A stretch of DNA of 54,269 nucleotides from a virus (lineage: Duplodnaviria; Caudoviricetes): positions 1 through 54,269 of the IMG/VR virus record IMGVR_UViG_3300027804_000079; one strand, written 5' to 3'. The notes under the pieces were generated by a model, which did no database searches, had not been told where the DNA came from, and worked only from the letters and a program-made list of their open reading frames with translations. How positions within the stretch are numbered: position 1 is the first letter of the stretch; each line of letters starts with the position of its first letter. Position numbers and translations under genes: made by a program. Shown in pieces: positions 17,948-25,312 of this stretch.

Positions 17948-18057
17948 CACACACACACCCCGCTGGTACATGTATGTCTAGCCACCTCGCGATCTGCACG
18001 CCACTCGTAGGTATGGGTAGGTGTTATGGTGGCAGGGGATATATATTCCATATGATT
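17948..18057 (+). repeat. Five-box cassette module, copy 4
   Basis: Boxes at 17961/17990/18006/18027/18044. Confidence 0.85.
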
Positions 18058-18103
18058 ATGTCAAGGGTTGCACGTTGAATCCTTAGACATGGAGGTAATA
18101 ACG

Positions 18104-18274
18104 ATGAGATTCGTTATTGCAATCGCATTGGCGATTATCGCAGGACTGCACGGCATCGTGTCCGTTGCAAACGCAATCAACACCGGAACAACATTCTGGT
18201 ATGTCTCGTTCTTGACGAGCGTATTCGTTGTCATCTGCGCGTTTGGTTATGTGGAGACACAGACCAAACCGTAG
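18104..18274 (+). CDS. Small two-TM membrane protein
   Basis: GGAGGT RBS; MRFVIAIALAII... Confidence 0.65.
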   Translation: MRFVIAIALAIIAGLHGIVSVANAINTGTTFWYVSFLTSVFVVICAFGYVETQTKP

Positions 18275-18280
18275 TCTAGT

Positions 18281-18307
18281 GCCCTGCCGGTGGGGCGAAA
18301 CACCGGT
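18281..18307 (+). other. H-type pseudoknot element before SD, copy 1
   Basis: GCCC-T-GCCGGTG-GGGC-GAAA-CACCGGT. Confidence 0.65.
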
Positions 18308-18320
18308 ACTGGAGGTAACT

Positions 18321-18680
18321 ATGAGGTTTCATGTAAAAGACAAGCGCCATCCGCGCCACTCTGAAAACAAAGCTCATGTTGAACAACTTGTTCACATGAA
18401 TACGCTGACTCGCACAATCCGCGACTTCGACGCTGAACGGCCTGAACTGAAAGTTTACACAGTCTGCAAAGACATGGACTTTCATCAGACGTATGAATGG
18501 TGCATGGAGCGCGGTGCAACGCACAAGACGCTCGAAGATTGCATTGCATTGGCTGAACGCGTGTTGGCTGAACTTGGCGACAGTGACCCGGCACGGAGTG
18601 ACGCGATAAAGCGTGGCTCCATTCCGTGGCTCAAGGAACTCATTGAGCGTAGGGATAAGCACGGTATCGAGCGCGGTTGA
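18321..18680 (+). CDS. Hypothetical protein
   Basis: GGAGGT RBS before ATG 18321. Confidence 0.7.
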   Translation: MRFHVKDKRHPRHSENKAHVEQLVHMNTLTRTIRDFDAERPELKVYTVCKDMDFHQTYEWCMERGATHKTLEDCIALAERVLAELGDSDPARSDAIKRGSIPWLKELIERRDKHGIERG

Positions 18681-18683
18681 CAC

Positions 18684-18710
18684 GGAGGGGCTTCGGCCCC
18701 TCCACCTTTG
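18684..18710 (+). terminator. C(UUCG)G intrinsic terminator
   Basis: Same stem as the terminator at 17910. Confidence 0.75.
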
Positions 18711-18723
18711 TGTATTCAAACCC

Positions 18724-18832
18724 CACACACGCCCCGCTGGTATATGTATGGTTATCAGCTCTCACGATCTACACGCTCCACGTAGGTATGTGTACTGGTT
18801 GTGGTGGTGGTGTGATTATATTCTATATAGTT
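18724..18832 (+). repeat. Five-box cassette module, copy 5
   Basis: Boxes at 18735/18765/18781/18802/18819. Confidence 0.85.
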
Positions 18833-18866
18833 ATGTGCCTAATATGGTACACAGAAAGGTATTCAC

Positions 18867-19490
18867 ATGGAATACAATCACCTGACGGAACGCTTCGGCG
18901 ATAGCCGTCCCACGGGATTCGACCGCCGTCACGGGTCGTTCGCTGATGCTGAGCCACACGCTCAGTGGTTCGTCGTTTTGGGTCAGAATCGCGACTCCCG
19001 TGCACTTGATAAGTCTAACTTTGAGTGCGCAACAGACATCCTCAAGGCGTGCGGTGAAGACGCATACACCATTCACCGATTCGGGCACTGGGGTTGCGGA
19101 TGGTACGAAGTGCTGCTAGTCAACAATGAGAATGAGAAAGCATGCACTGAGGCAGATGACATACTTCGTGCACTAGCTGACTATCCAGTGCTTGACGATG
19201 AGCACTTTAGCGCTAAGGAGTGCGAGACGGGCGAGTGTGAGTGCAGCTGCTGTCCCAAGGACTGGTGCGATTGCGAAGATTGCAACAGAGGACGTCGTGC
19301 TGACGACATCGACGATGATGGCGACATTGTCCTCGACGAAGAAAGCGTTGACATACCAGTCAAGAATCTTGAGCGTAACTGCCCATGTCCTGCATGTGGT
19401 CAACAGTGCAAACTGACGTCACTTCAAGCAATGCTCGGTTACAAGTGTGACCGATGCATGTACGGGGACAGCAACGACCCAGGGTACTAA
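18867..19490 (+). CDS. Acidic, Cys-rich phage hypothetical protein
   Basis: 'SNF....RFGHWGCGWYE...L.DYPVLDDE' core plus several CxC/CxxC clusters. Confidence 0.75.
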   Translation: MEYNHLTERFGDSRPTGFDRRHGSFADAEPHAQWFVVLGQNRDSRALDKSNFECATDILKACGEDAYTIHRFGHWGCGWYEVLLVNNENEKACTEADDILRALADYPVLDDEHFSAKECETGECECSCCPKDWCDCEDCNRGRRADDIDDDGDIVLDEESVDIPVKNLERNCPCPACGQQCKLTSLQAMLGYKCDRCMYGDSNDPGY

Positions 19491-19492
19491 AC

Positions 19493-19519
19493 GGAGGGGC
19501 TTCGGCCCCTCCACTTTTG
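19493..19519 (+). terminator. C(UUCG)G intrinsic terminator
   Basis: Same stem as the terminator at 17910. Confidence 0.8.
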
Positions 19520-19531
19520 CTGACTAACAGC

Positions 19532-19642
19532 ATACGCACACCCCGCTGGTATGAGCTTAGTGTTGCCAACTCGCGATTTACACGCCACTCGTAGGTATGT
19601 GTATTGGTTATGGTGCTGGTCGTTTTATATATCCTATATAAG
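19532..19642 (+). repeat. Five-box cassette module, copy 6
   Basis: Boxes at 19544/19574/19590/19611/19628. Confidence 0.85.
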
Positions 19643-19664
19643 TGTTACTAAGGAGGTAACAAAC

Positions 19665-20009
19665 ATGTTTGAACTTATGTTTGAGAAGTACAAGGTTATG
19701 ACCTTGGGCATGCTCATCGACGCCATTCAGGTCTGCCTTGATTCAAGGTACGACGCGCAACTCGACACGACTTTTGTGTACGACACACTTACTGAAATCT
19801 GTGATGTCACGGTCGACGGCAACCACCTCGGCACTGTCATCTCCCTTGAGTGGTGCATTGAGCAGTTTGCTACAAGGAAAGTACAAAACGCGATGTGGCC
19901 TGAATACGGCATTCCCCATGCAGCATGGCGCGAATGCATTGCAAAACTGCAAGGCGTTTGGCAACAGTTGCCAGACCGAGATGCTTGGGCAGTGTTGGTG
20001 ACCGACTAG
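19665..20009 (+). CDS. Hypothetical protein
   Basis: AAGGAGGT RBS before ATG 19665. Confidence 0.7.
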   Translation: MFELMFEKYKVMTLGMLIDAIQVCLDSRYDAQLDTTFVYDTLTEICDVTVDGNHLGTVISLEWCIEQFATRKVQNAMWPEYGIPHAAWRECIAKLQGVWQQLPDRDAWAVLVTD

Positions 20010-20012
20010 AAA

Positions 20013-20038
20013 GGAGGGGCTTCGGCCCCTTCTTTTTT
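20013..20038 (+). terminator. C(UUCG)G intrinsic terminator
   Basis: GGAGGGGC-TTCG-GCCCCTTC followed by T6. Confidence 0.85.
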
Positions 20039-20051
20039 GCTGTATCAAACC

Positions 20052-20161
20052 ACAAGCACGCCCCGCTGGTACAGGCTTGTTGTAGATCGCTCACGATTTA
20101 CAGCGCACACGTAGGTATGGGTGTGTATTGTGGTGCTCGCGTTCGTGTATTTCCTATATAG
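20052..20161 (+). repeat. Five-box cassette module, copy 7
   Basis: Boxes at 20064/20094/20110/20131/20148. Confidence 0.85.
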
Positions 20162-20185
20162 ATGTTACTTAGGAGGTAACAAACA

Positions 20186-20755
20186 ATGAAAAAGTTACTC
20201 ATCGCTCTCGCCGAGGCATTCTCGGCATTCTCGGCAAAACTTCACGACCTGTCCGAGGAGTCGCCCGAATACGTCACATCATGGGACGTTCGAAATATCA
20301 TCAAGGAGTTGCCAGACTCGCTTGACCGAAACGATGTCATTGAAATCGTTCGCGATGCAATTGATGATGGCGACATCATTACAAAGCAGGAATGCGACGA
20401 AATCATCTATGCCGACGACATCAAAGGCTTAGACAGATACGTCACCGATGCTATTGATGAATTCGATTACAGTGACAAAATCGATGAGCGGATGTTCTAC
20501 CGTATGGTGCAGGAACTGGTGCTTACATACGCGCAACAGCGTGGCATAGACACTAGTGTCATCTATGTCCATTCCGAGGAATGGGAGATGGGACGTTACC
20601 TTGCAGAGCGTTCAAAACTCTGGAAAAAGAACGAGACTGACAAAGAACAGCGCATTGCAGAACGTGCTATCAAGAAATACACGCTAGAGCAAGAGACGCC
20701 AAAGCCTCTCGAACTTGGCAACGACACAACAGTGGTAGATATCACCAACCACTAA
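20186..20755 (+). CDS. Acidic helical hypothetical protein
   Basis: AGGAGGT RBS; D/E-rich. Confidence 0.75.
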   Translation: MKKLLIALAEAFSAFSAKLHDLSEESPEYVTSWDVRNIIKELPDSLDRNDVIEIVRDAIDDGDIITKQECDEIIYADDIKGLDRYVTDAIDEFDYSDKIDERMFYRMVQELVLTYAQQRGIDTSVIYVHSEEWEMGRYLAERSKLWKKNETDKEQRIAERAIKKYTLEQETPKPLELGNDTTVVDITNH

Positions 20756-20758
20756 TCT

Positions 20759-20788
20759 GGTGGGGGCTTCGGCTCCCACCTTTTTTTT
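20759..20788 (+). terminator. C(UUCG)G intrinsic terminator
   Basis: GGTGGGGGC-TTCG-GCTCCCACC followed by T8. Confidence 0.88.
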
Positions 20789-20801
20789 GTGCTTATCGCA
20801 C

Positions 20802-20910
20802 CACACGCACGCCCCGCTGGTACGAGCATGTATCAGCCACTCGTGATCTACACGCCACCCGTAAGTATAGGCTTTAGTTATGGTGGTATTGCGTCTGTAT
20901 TTCATTATTA
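20802..20910 (+). repeat. Five-box cassette module, copy 8
   Basis: Boxes at 20815/20844/20860/20881/20898. Confidence 0.85.
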
Positions 20911-20926
20911 TGTGGAGGTAAACAGT

Positions 20927-21757
20927 ATGAAACTGGTTACAAAGAACGGCACCAATGCCGTAAACACTGTGCTTGCTTGGGTAGGCACATCACCGATTGA
21001 CGGTACGACCATCGGCTTGTTTGTGACGGGTCTACAGAAGACCAACAAGCCCAACAGCAAGACGGATGACATGGTGCAGACCTATATCTTGCGCCTTGAC
21101 ATGCATCCACAAGAGGCTCTCAAAATGGGCATGGATGCGTCAATCTGCGGTGATTGTTCACATCGTTACCAGATGCGTACACGCGTCCGACGCACCAAGC
21201 GCGGACAATTGAAGGTAGAAACCAAGCGCGTTCGCACGTGCTACGTACGCGTAGCAAATGCGCCAGCGTCCATCTATGGCGCCTATACACGCGGTAACGT
21301 GCCTGCTGTGACGCTTGATGACGTCAATGCAATGGTGCTACGTGCTAACAAGCCTGTTCGCATGGGCGCCTATGGCGACCCTGCCATGGTACCTGCCGAT
21401 GTATGGGACAGCGTCCTATACAAAGTGTCTGCATGGACAGGCTACACGCACCAATGGCGTCAAGCTTGGTCGCACGGTCTTATGGGTCGCGTCATGGCGT
21501 CCTGTGACACCAAGGACGACCAGACCGAGGCTATCGCGATGGGTTGGACAGGCACGTTTACCGTGCTACCGCACGATGACTTTCAGACGCATTTCAAGAG
21601 TCTGAAAGGTACGCGGTCCTGTCCATCAGACCCGCGCTTCAAGGACCGCATGGACCTTGTGCCGTGCGCATCGTGCAAGGCTTGCATGGGACAGCAACAC
21701 CGTGCAATCCGTGCACACGGTAGCACAGGCAAATGGGTTACGCTTCCAGTAGCGTAG
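20927..21757 (+). CDS. Conserved Cys-rich phage protein (gp88-like, possibly Fe-S/Zn binding)
   Basis: N.KT..M; ICGDC..CY; R.G.YGD; GYTH; CP..C..C..C..AHG. Confidence 0.65.
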   Translation: MKLVTKNGTNAVNTVLAWVGTSPIDGTTIGLFVTGLQKTNKPNSKTDDMVQTYILRLDMHPQEALKMGMDASICGDCSHRYQMRTRVRRTKRGQLKVETKRVRTCYVRVANAPASIYGAYTRGNVPAVTLDDVNAMVLRANKPVRMGAYGDPAMVPADVWDSVLYKVSAWTGYTHQWRQAWSHGLMGRVMASCDTKDDQTEAIAMGWTGTFTVLPHDDFQTHFKSLKGTRSCPSDPRFKDRMDLVPCASCKACMGQQHRAIRAHGSTGKWVTLPVA

Positions 21758-21763
21758 CCCACC

Positions 21764-21800
21764 GGGTGGGGGCTTCGGCTCCCACCCACCAAGTTTGTTT
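21764..21800 (+). terminator. C(UUCG)G hairpin (terminator-like)
   Basis: GGGTGGGGGC-TTCG-GCTCCCACCC; U-tract is displaced. Confidence 0.6.
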
Positions 21801-21804
21801 AAAC

Positions 21805-21915
21805 CCCACGCACGCCCCGCTGGTAGTGCATGGTTGTAGGGTTAACGTCCTTCGGCAATCCTACACACACACGTAGGTATAGGCTATGACTTGTGGTCTG
21901 GTCTGTTCTGTATTT
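21805..21915 (+). repeat. Degenerate five-box module, copy 9
   Basis: CCCCGCTGGTA and CGTAGGTAT kept; box 2 interrupted; box 1 to box 3 distance 54 instead of 45-47. Confidence 0.7.
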
Positions 21916-21941
21916 GGTATTGGAGTGAGGGTTCTACCTGC

Positions 21942-22036
21942 GGGGCAAAATCTGCTACCCTAGTAGAATTTGCAGGGTGAGGGTGCAAAATCTGCTACCC
22001 TCCCACTTTCTGCTACCCTAGTAGAATTTGCAGGGT
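21942..22036. repeat. Iteron-like cluster (possible second origin)
   Basis: 28-bp direct repeat at 21951-21978 and 22009-22036; GAGGGTGCAAAATCTGC is identical to 30189-30205. Confidence 0.75.
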
Positions 22037-22250
22037 AGGTAGTTAGTAGGTAACACATGTAGGATTGCTGGAGATGCGTGGCACATCCAGACAACACTTC
22101 CCCTATCCTGTGTCCTATTAAATTCCCTCAAAAAGGCGCCTTTTGCCTATCGAATGGCGCTTGATGCGTTGTTGTTTGCGTTATCGCCTGTATGGTCACT
22201 GTGTGAGCGTACAGGTTATATTGTGCGTGTTGTTTTACTGGAGGTTAGCA

Positions 22251-22721
22251 ATGGCTAATACTGTTGATAGCATCGTTCGTGTGCATGGTTTCTTTGAGAA
22301 TGTGAGCGCCTTCCGTGGGCGTCACTTCCCTTACGGGTCTGATGGCGACTTGGACTTCGAGGTAGGGTTGCGACAGATGGTTGTGATGCATCCTGACACA
22401 GACTTGCATGACTGGTCTGATTGCCATGCACGGGTTACAGATTGGGTGTGTGATGAACTCGGACAGTCTGGTCTCGGAATGGACGCGACATTGACCATGT
22501 ACATCGACAGCGCGTGGAACGAGCCTATTGACTGGTTCAAGGGCATCGTAGCGCTTCACCCTGAGTTGTCGTTTGACATCTCGTGGGCTTGTTACGAGGA
22601 CGACTTCGTTGGTGAGTTGCATGGCTCGAATGGCGTTGTCACGAAGCACGAGTGCCGATGCGATGATGAGTTGACGGACGAGGACAAGTTCGTCCTTGGC
22701 ATGATTGATTCGTTGGATTAG
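22251..22721 (+). CDS. DUF1281/YubB ferredoxin-like fold protein
   Basis: 'DSAWNEPI.W......HPELSF.....E...F.G' motif; GGAGGT RBS. Confidence 0.6.
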   Translation: MANTVDSIVRVHGFFENVSAFRGRHFPYGSDGDLDFEVGLRQMVVMHPDTDLHDWSDCHARVTDWVCDELGQSGLGMDATLTMYIDSAWNEPIDWFKGIVALHPELSFDISWACYEDDFVGELHGSNGVVTKHECRCDDELTDEDKFVLGMIDSLD

Positions 22722-22731
22722 GAGGTAAGAG

Positions 22732-23196
22732 ATGGTAAAGAGAGCATTAATGGTTCCTGTAGAGGACATGGCGCGAATGACGGCTAAGGTGGAGAAGTCT
22801 CACGACCCCGGTGTGCAGTGGCGCGGGGTTTGTGAGCACGTCCATGCTTATCAGCTTGTGGAGTTACTGCTCCCTGTGTGCAAGGAGCACGGGCTTGAGT
22901 TGTCCATTGACTTAAACCTTGGCGACGAGGATGGCGATGACATCACAATGATCTCTAGCGCTTCGGAAATCATCGACGCGATGAACCATTGCGATGAGGA
23001 GTGGCTCCTTGTGCACAAGCCCGGAGCGCCAACCGAGAACGTGTTCCACGTTTACATGGTGTACGGCAACTGTGCCGATGACCCAGAGGTTGGACGTGGC
23101 GAGATGATGTGCGACTGGGGCGGTGTCAAGCAGTACTACGACATCTTCTCACCCATCGTGGATGACTTCGTGAATGAGGTCTACCTCAACAAGTAG
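22732..23196 (+). CDS. Acidic hypothetical protein
   Basis: AGGAGGT RBS. Confidence 0.7.
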   Translation: MVKRALMVPVEDMARMTAKVEKSHDPGVQWRGVCEHVHAYQLVELLLPVCKEHGLELSIDLNLGDEDGDDITMISSASEIIDAMNHCDEEWLLVHKPGAPTENVFHVYMVYGNCADDPEVGRGEMMCDWGGVKQYYDIFSPIVDDFVNEVYLNK

Positions 23197-23205
23197 TGTT
23201 TGTGT

Positions 23206-23232
23206 GCCCTGCCTGTGGGGCGAATCACAGGC
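23206..23232 (+). other. H-type pseudoknot element, copy 2
   Basis: GCCC-T-GCCTGTG-GGGC-GAAT-CACAGGC. Confidence 0.65.
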
Positions 23233-23245
23233 ATGGAGGTTCATC

Positions 23246-23674
23246 ATGGTCAGACTTACAGAACAAGACAAGCAAGCGCTCAGCATCGTGCAAGGCACGA
23301 AACTCAACCAGGCTCAACTGAACGACATCATCAAGACGTTTGCACGGAAGCACTTCCCGTACGGCAAGCACTTTGTGGAACGGGCTGGTGCAATCGAAGA
23401 GTGTGCGTACCACGTCACACTGAGCGATAACGGAGCCAACTACATCGTCCTTTCACACGGCTGGGGACATTGCCCAATGTCCGTACCTGCTGTCGTTGCA
23501 ACGTTCCTCTCGTCAGACGTGTGGAACACCGACAACTTCGACGCTTACTTCGATACGTGCTTCGAGGATTACGACTTTGAGTTGACCTTCTACAGCAAGG
23601 CAACATACGGATGTTCACGCAATGCCATTCAGGCAAACTTCAGGTTCCGCTACAACACGGAGGTGGAAAAGTAA
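23246..23674 (+). CDS. Hypothetical protein (paralogue of 25313-25723)
   Basis: MVRLTEQDKQAL...DFELTFYSK...NFR. Confidence 0.7.
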   Translation: MVRLTEQDKQALSIVQGTKLNQAQLNDIIKTFARKHFPYGKHFVERAGAIEECAYHVTLSDNGANYIVLSHGWGHCPMSVPAVVATFLSSDVWNTDNFDAYFDTCFEDYDFELTFYSKATYGCSRNAIQANFRFRYNTEVEK

Positions 23675-24078
23675 TGACAGATGAGAACATCGCCGACGAC
23701 ATCATCGGCACAGCAGACAAGCGCATCGCAGACGCCATCATCGTGATGGCACAGGCAATCATCACCCATCGAGGCAGACTCGGTGGGTGGGAGAGCCTCG
23801 ACAAGAAGTGCCACAAGAATCTCGGATGCCAGTACGAGCCATGGGTCACCGACCCTGACTCCGGCGCTCCGGACACGACCATGTTCAACATCGAATATGG
23901 CGTGTACTTTGGATGCACAGGCGAGGACTGCGAAGGCGACTGCGACGACAGTGACACCGTGAATGTCCAGATTGGCTGGACAGGACTGACTGAAGAATCT
24001 GCATGCACCATCATGCAGTACATCGATGAGAACATTGACAAGTGTGCGCCAGACTTCTGGCTGGAGGAGACAAAGTAA
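23674..24078 (+). CDS. Acidic hypothetical protein
   Basis: TAATG coupling; GGAGG RBS. Confidence 0.7.
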   Translation: MTDENIADDIIGTADKRIADAIIVMAQAIITHRGRLGGWESLDKKCHKNLGCQYEPWVTDPDSGAPDTTMFNIEYGVYFGCTGEDCEGDCDDSDTVNVQIGWTGLTEESACTIMQYIDENIDKCAPDFWLEETK

Positions 24079-24401
24079 TGACAGTACAAGAATTGATTGC
24101 ACAGTTGGCGCTTCTGCCACAGAACGCCACCATCACCGTCCGCGTGGATTGCCCTCACGGGGGCAACTCCCTGCCAGCGGACATCTTCAAGGTCTACGAG
24201 ATTGACCCGAAGTTTAGGGACGGCAAGGTCACTGCGGTCATCGTTTGCGACCCTGAAGAAGGCGTCGAGTTTGAGGTACAGGACGCAGAGGATTCCGTGG
24301 TCGACGACGAGCCAGACTTCGGACAGTGTGGCAAGTGTGGCGACTGGTGCCACTTCCCTTGCAGTAACTGCATCGCACGTGAGTTGGAGAAAGGTAACTA
24401 A
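24078..24401 (+). CDS. Hypothetical protein with C-terminal Cys cluster
   Basis: MTVQELIAQL...; CGKC..C..C..C. Confidence 0.7.
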   Translation: MTVQELIAQLALLPQNATITVRVDCPHGGNSLPADIFKVYEIDPKFRDGKVTAVIVCDPEEGVEFEVQDAEDSVVDDEPDFGQCGKCGDWCHFPCSNCIARELEKGN

Positions 24402-24402
24402 C

Positions 24403-24810
24403 ATGAACACTATCGAGAATCGCATCGCGCTCCTTCGGGGGCGCACACCCATCCTTGCAAGTCTGCTCCAGAGCATGCATTCCAGCCCGGCATTTGCTCA
24501 GCTTGATGAATGGGTCTACAACGTGTCCGAGTCGTACACGAATCTCGGCAGATTGATTGGCGAGATGCACCCTGCAATCGAGGGTTTGACCATCACGCAT
24601 CCAATGGTCGACTACGATGGACACAACGCCTTCGAGGAGTTCGTCATCAACTGCTGGAACGCCCATGCGGACTACTACGATGCGTTTGACGGACACGTCT
24701 ACGACATGGACAAAATCACCGCAGGATTTTTGCAGAGCATCATGTCAGAGTTCTATGTCCCTGACTACGCAGAGCCACCAACTGACGACACAGGTGGCGG
24801 GAGGTATTGA
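24403..24810 (+). CDS. Acidic hypothetical protein
   Basis: AAGGT RBS before ATG 24403. Confidence 0.65.
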   Translation: MNTIENRIALLRGRTPILASLLQSMHSSPAFAQLDEWVYNVSESYTNLGRLIGEMHPAIEGLTITHPMVDYDGHNAFEEFVINCWNAHADYYDAFDGHVYDMDKITAGFLQSIMSEFYVPDYAEPPTDDTGGGRY

Positions 24811-24811
24811 A

Positions 24812-25204
24812 ATGAGTAAAGACATCAGCGCTGACCACGAAATCGACCTATGTGACTGCTACACAGGCGAGTGGGACGACATCGTGTACGTCGAAGAGTT
24901 GGAAGAAGGCTCCATGTGGGTCACCTACCAGCAAATCAACACCGATGCGCTCATCGACCAGATGGTTCCTTTTTCGTGGGGGCAAGCCAACGGACACAGC
25001 CCAGATTGGTACGTCTACATCAACAACACGCTGGAAGCTTGGTGCGAAAAGCACAAGCAACAGTCCTTGTACGAACTCTGGGACGACACCGAGGATTACA
25101 AGAGCCTACTCGAAGAGTGGTGCGATCACCTCAATTCCGAGGCACTCAGGTACGCACAGCAAGGTCTGGAAGCCCGCATCGATGGAAGTTGGTGGTCGGA
25201 TTAA
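24812..25204 (+). CDS. Very acidic, Trp-rich hypothetical protein
   Basis: GGAGGT RBS before ATG 24812. Confidence 0.7.
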   Translation: MSKDISADHEIDLCDCYTGEWDDIVYVEELEEGSMWVTYQQINTDALIDQMVPFSWGQANGHSPDWYVYINNTLEAWCEKHKQQSLYELWDDTEDYKSLLEEWCDHLNSEALRYAQQGLEARIDGSWWSD

Positions 25205-25270
25205 ATATGTTGTCGCCCGGTGTCACACATGGTGGCGCTGTGGCGATATCATAAATGTCACTGTTTGCGA

Positions 25271-25297
25271 GCCTTGCTGGTGGGGCGAATCACCAGC
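25271..25297 (+). other. H-type pseudoknot element, copy 3
   Basis: GCCT-T-GCTGGTG-GGGC-GAAT-CACCAGC. Confidence 0.65.
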
Positions 25298-25312
25298 GTG
25301 GAGGTAACTACC

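Noticed and set aside
17186-20926. Plus-strand ORFs or extensions running through the modules (HTHPAG...TP peptides)
   Set aside because: The similar peptides come from translating the DNA repeat; they cross terminators, lack RBSs and vary in frame
15376-21915. CRISPR array or classical integron
   Set aside because: The repeats are degenerate ~110-bp modules separated by whole genes; no cas gene or tyrosine integrase in the window; no attC RYYYAAC...GTTRRRY ends
18281-25297. HDV-like/theta or hammerhead ribozyme, suggested by GGCGAAT/GAAAC
   Set aside because: No room for P3, L3 or the P1 3' strand between the paired segments, and no CUGAUGA core; a simple pseudoknot explains the element
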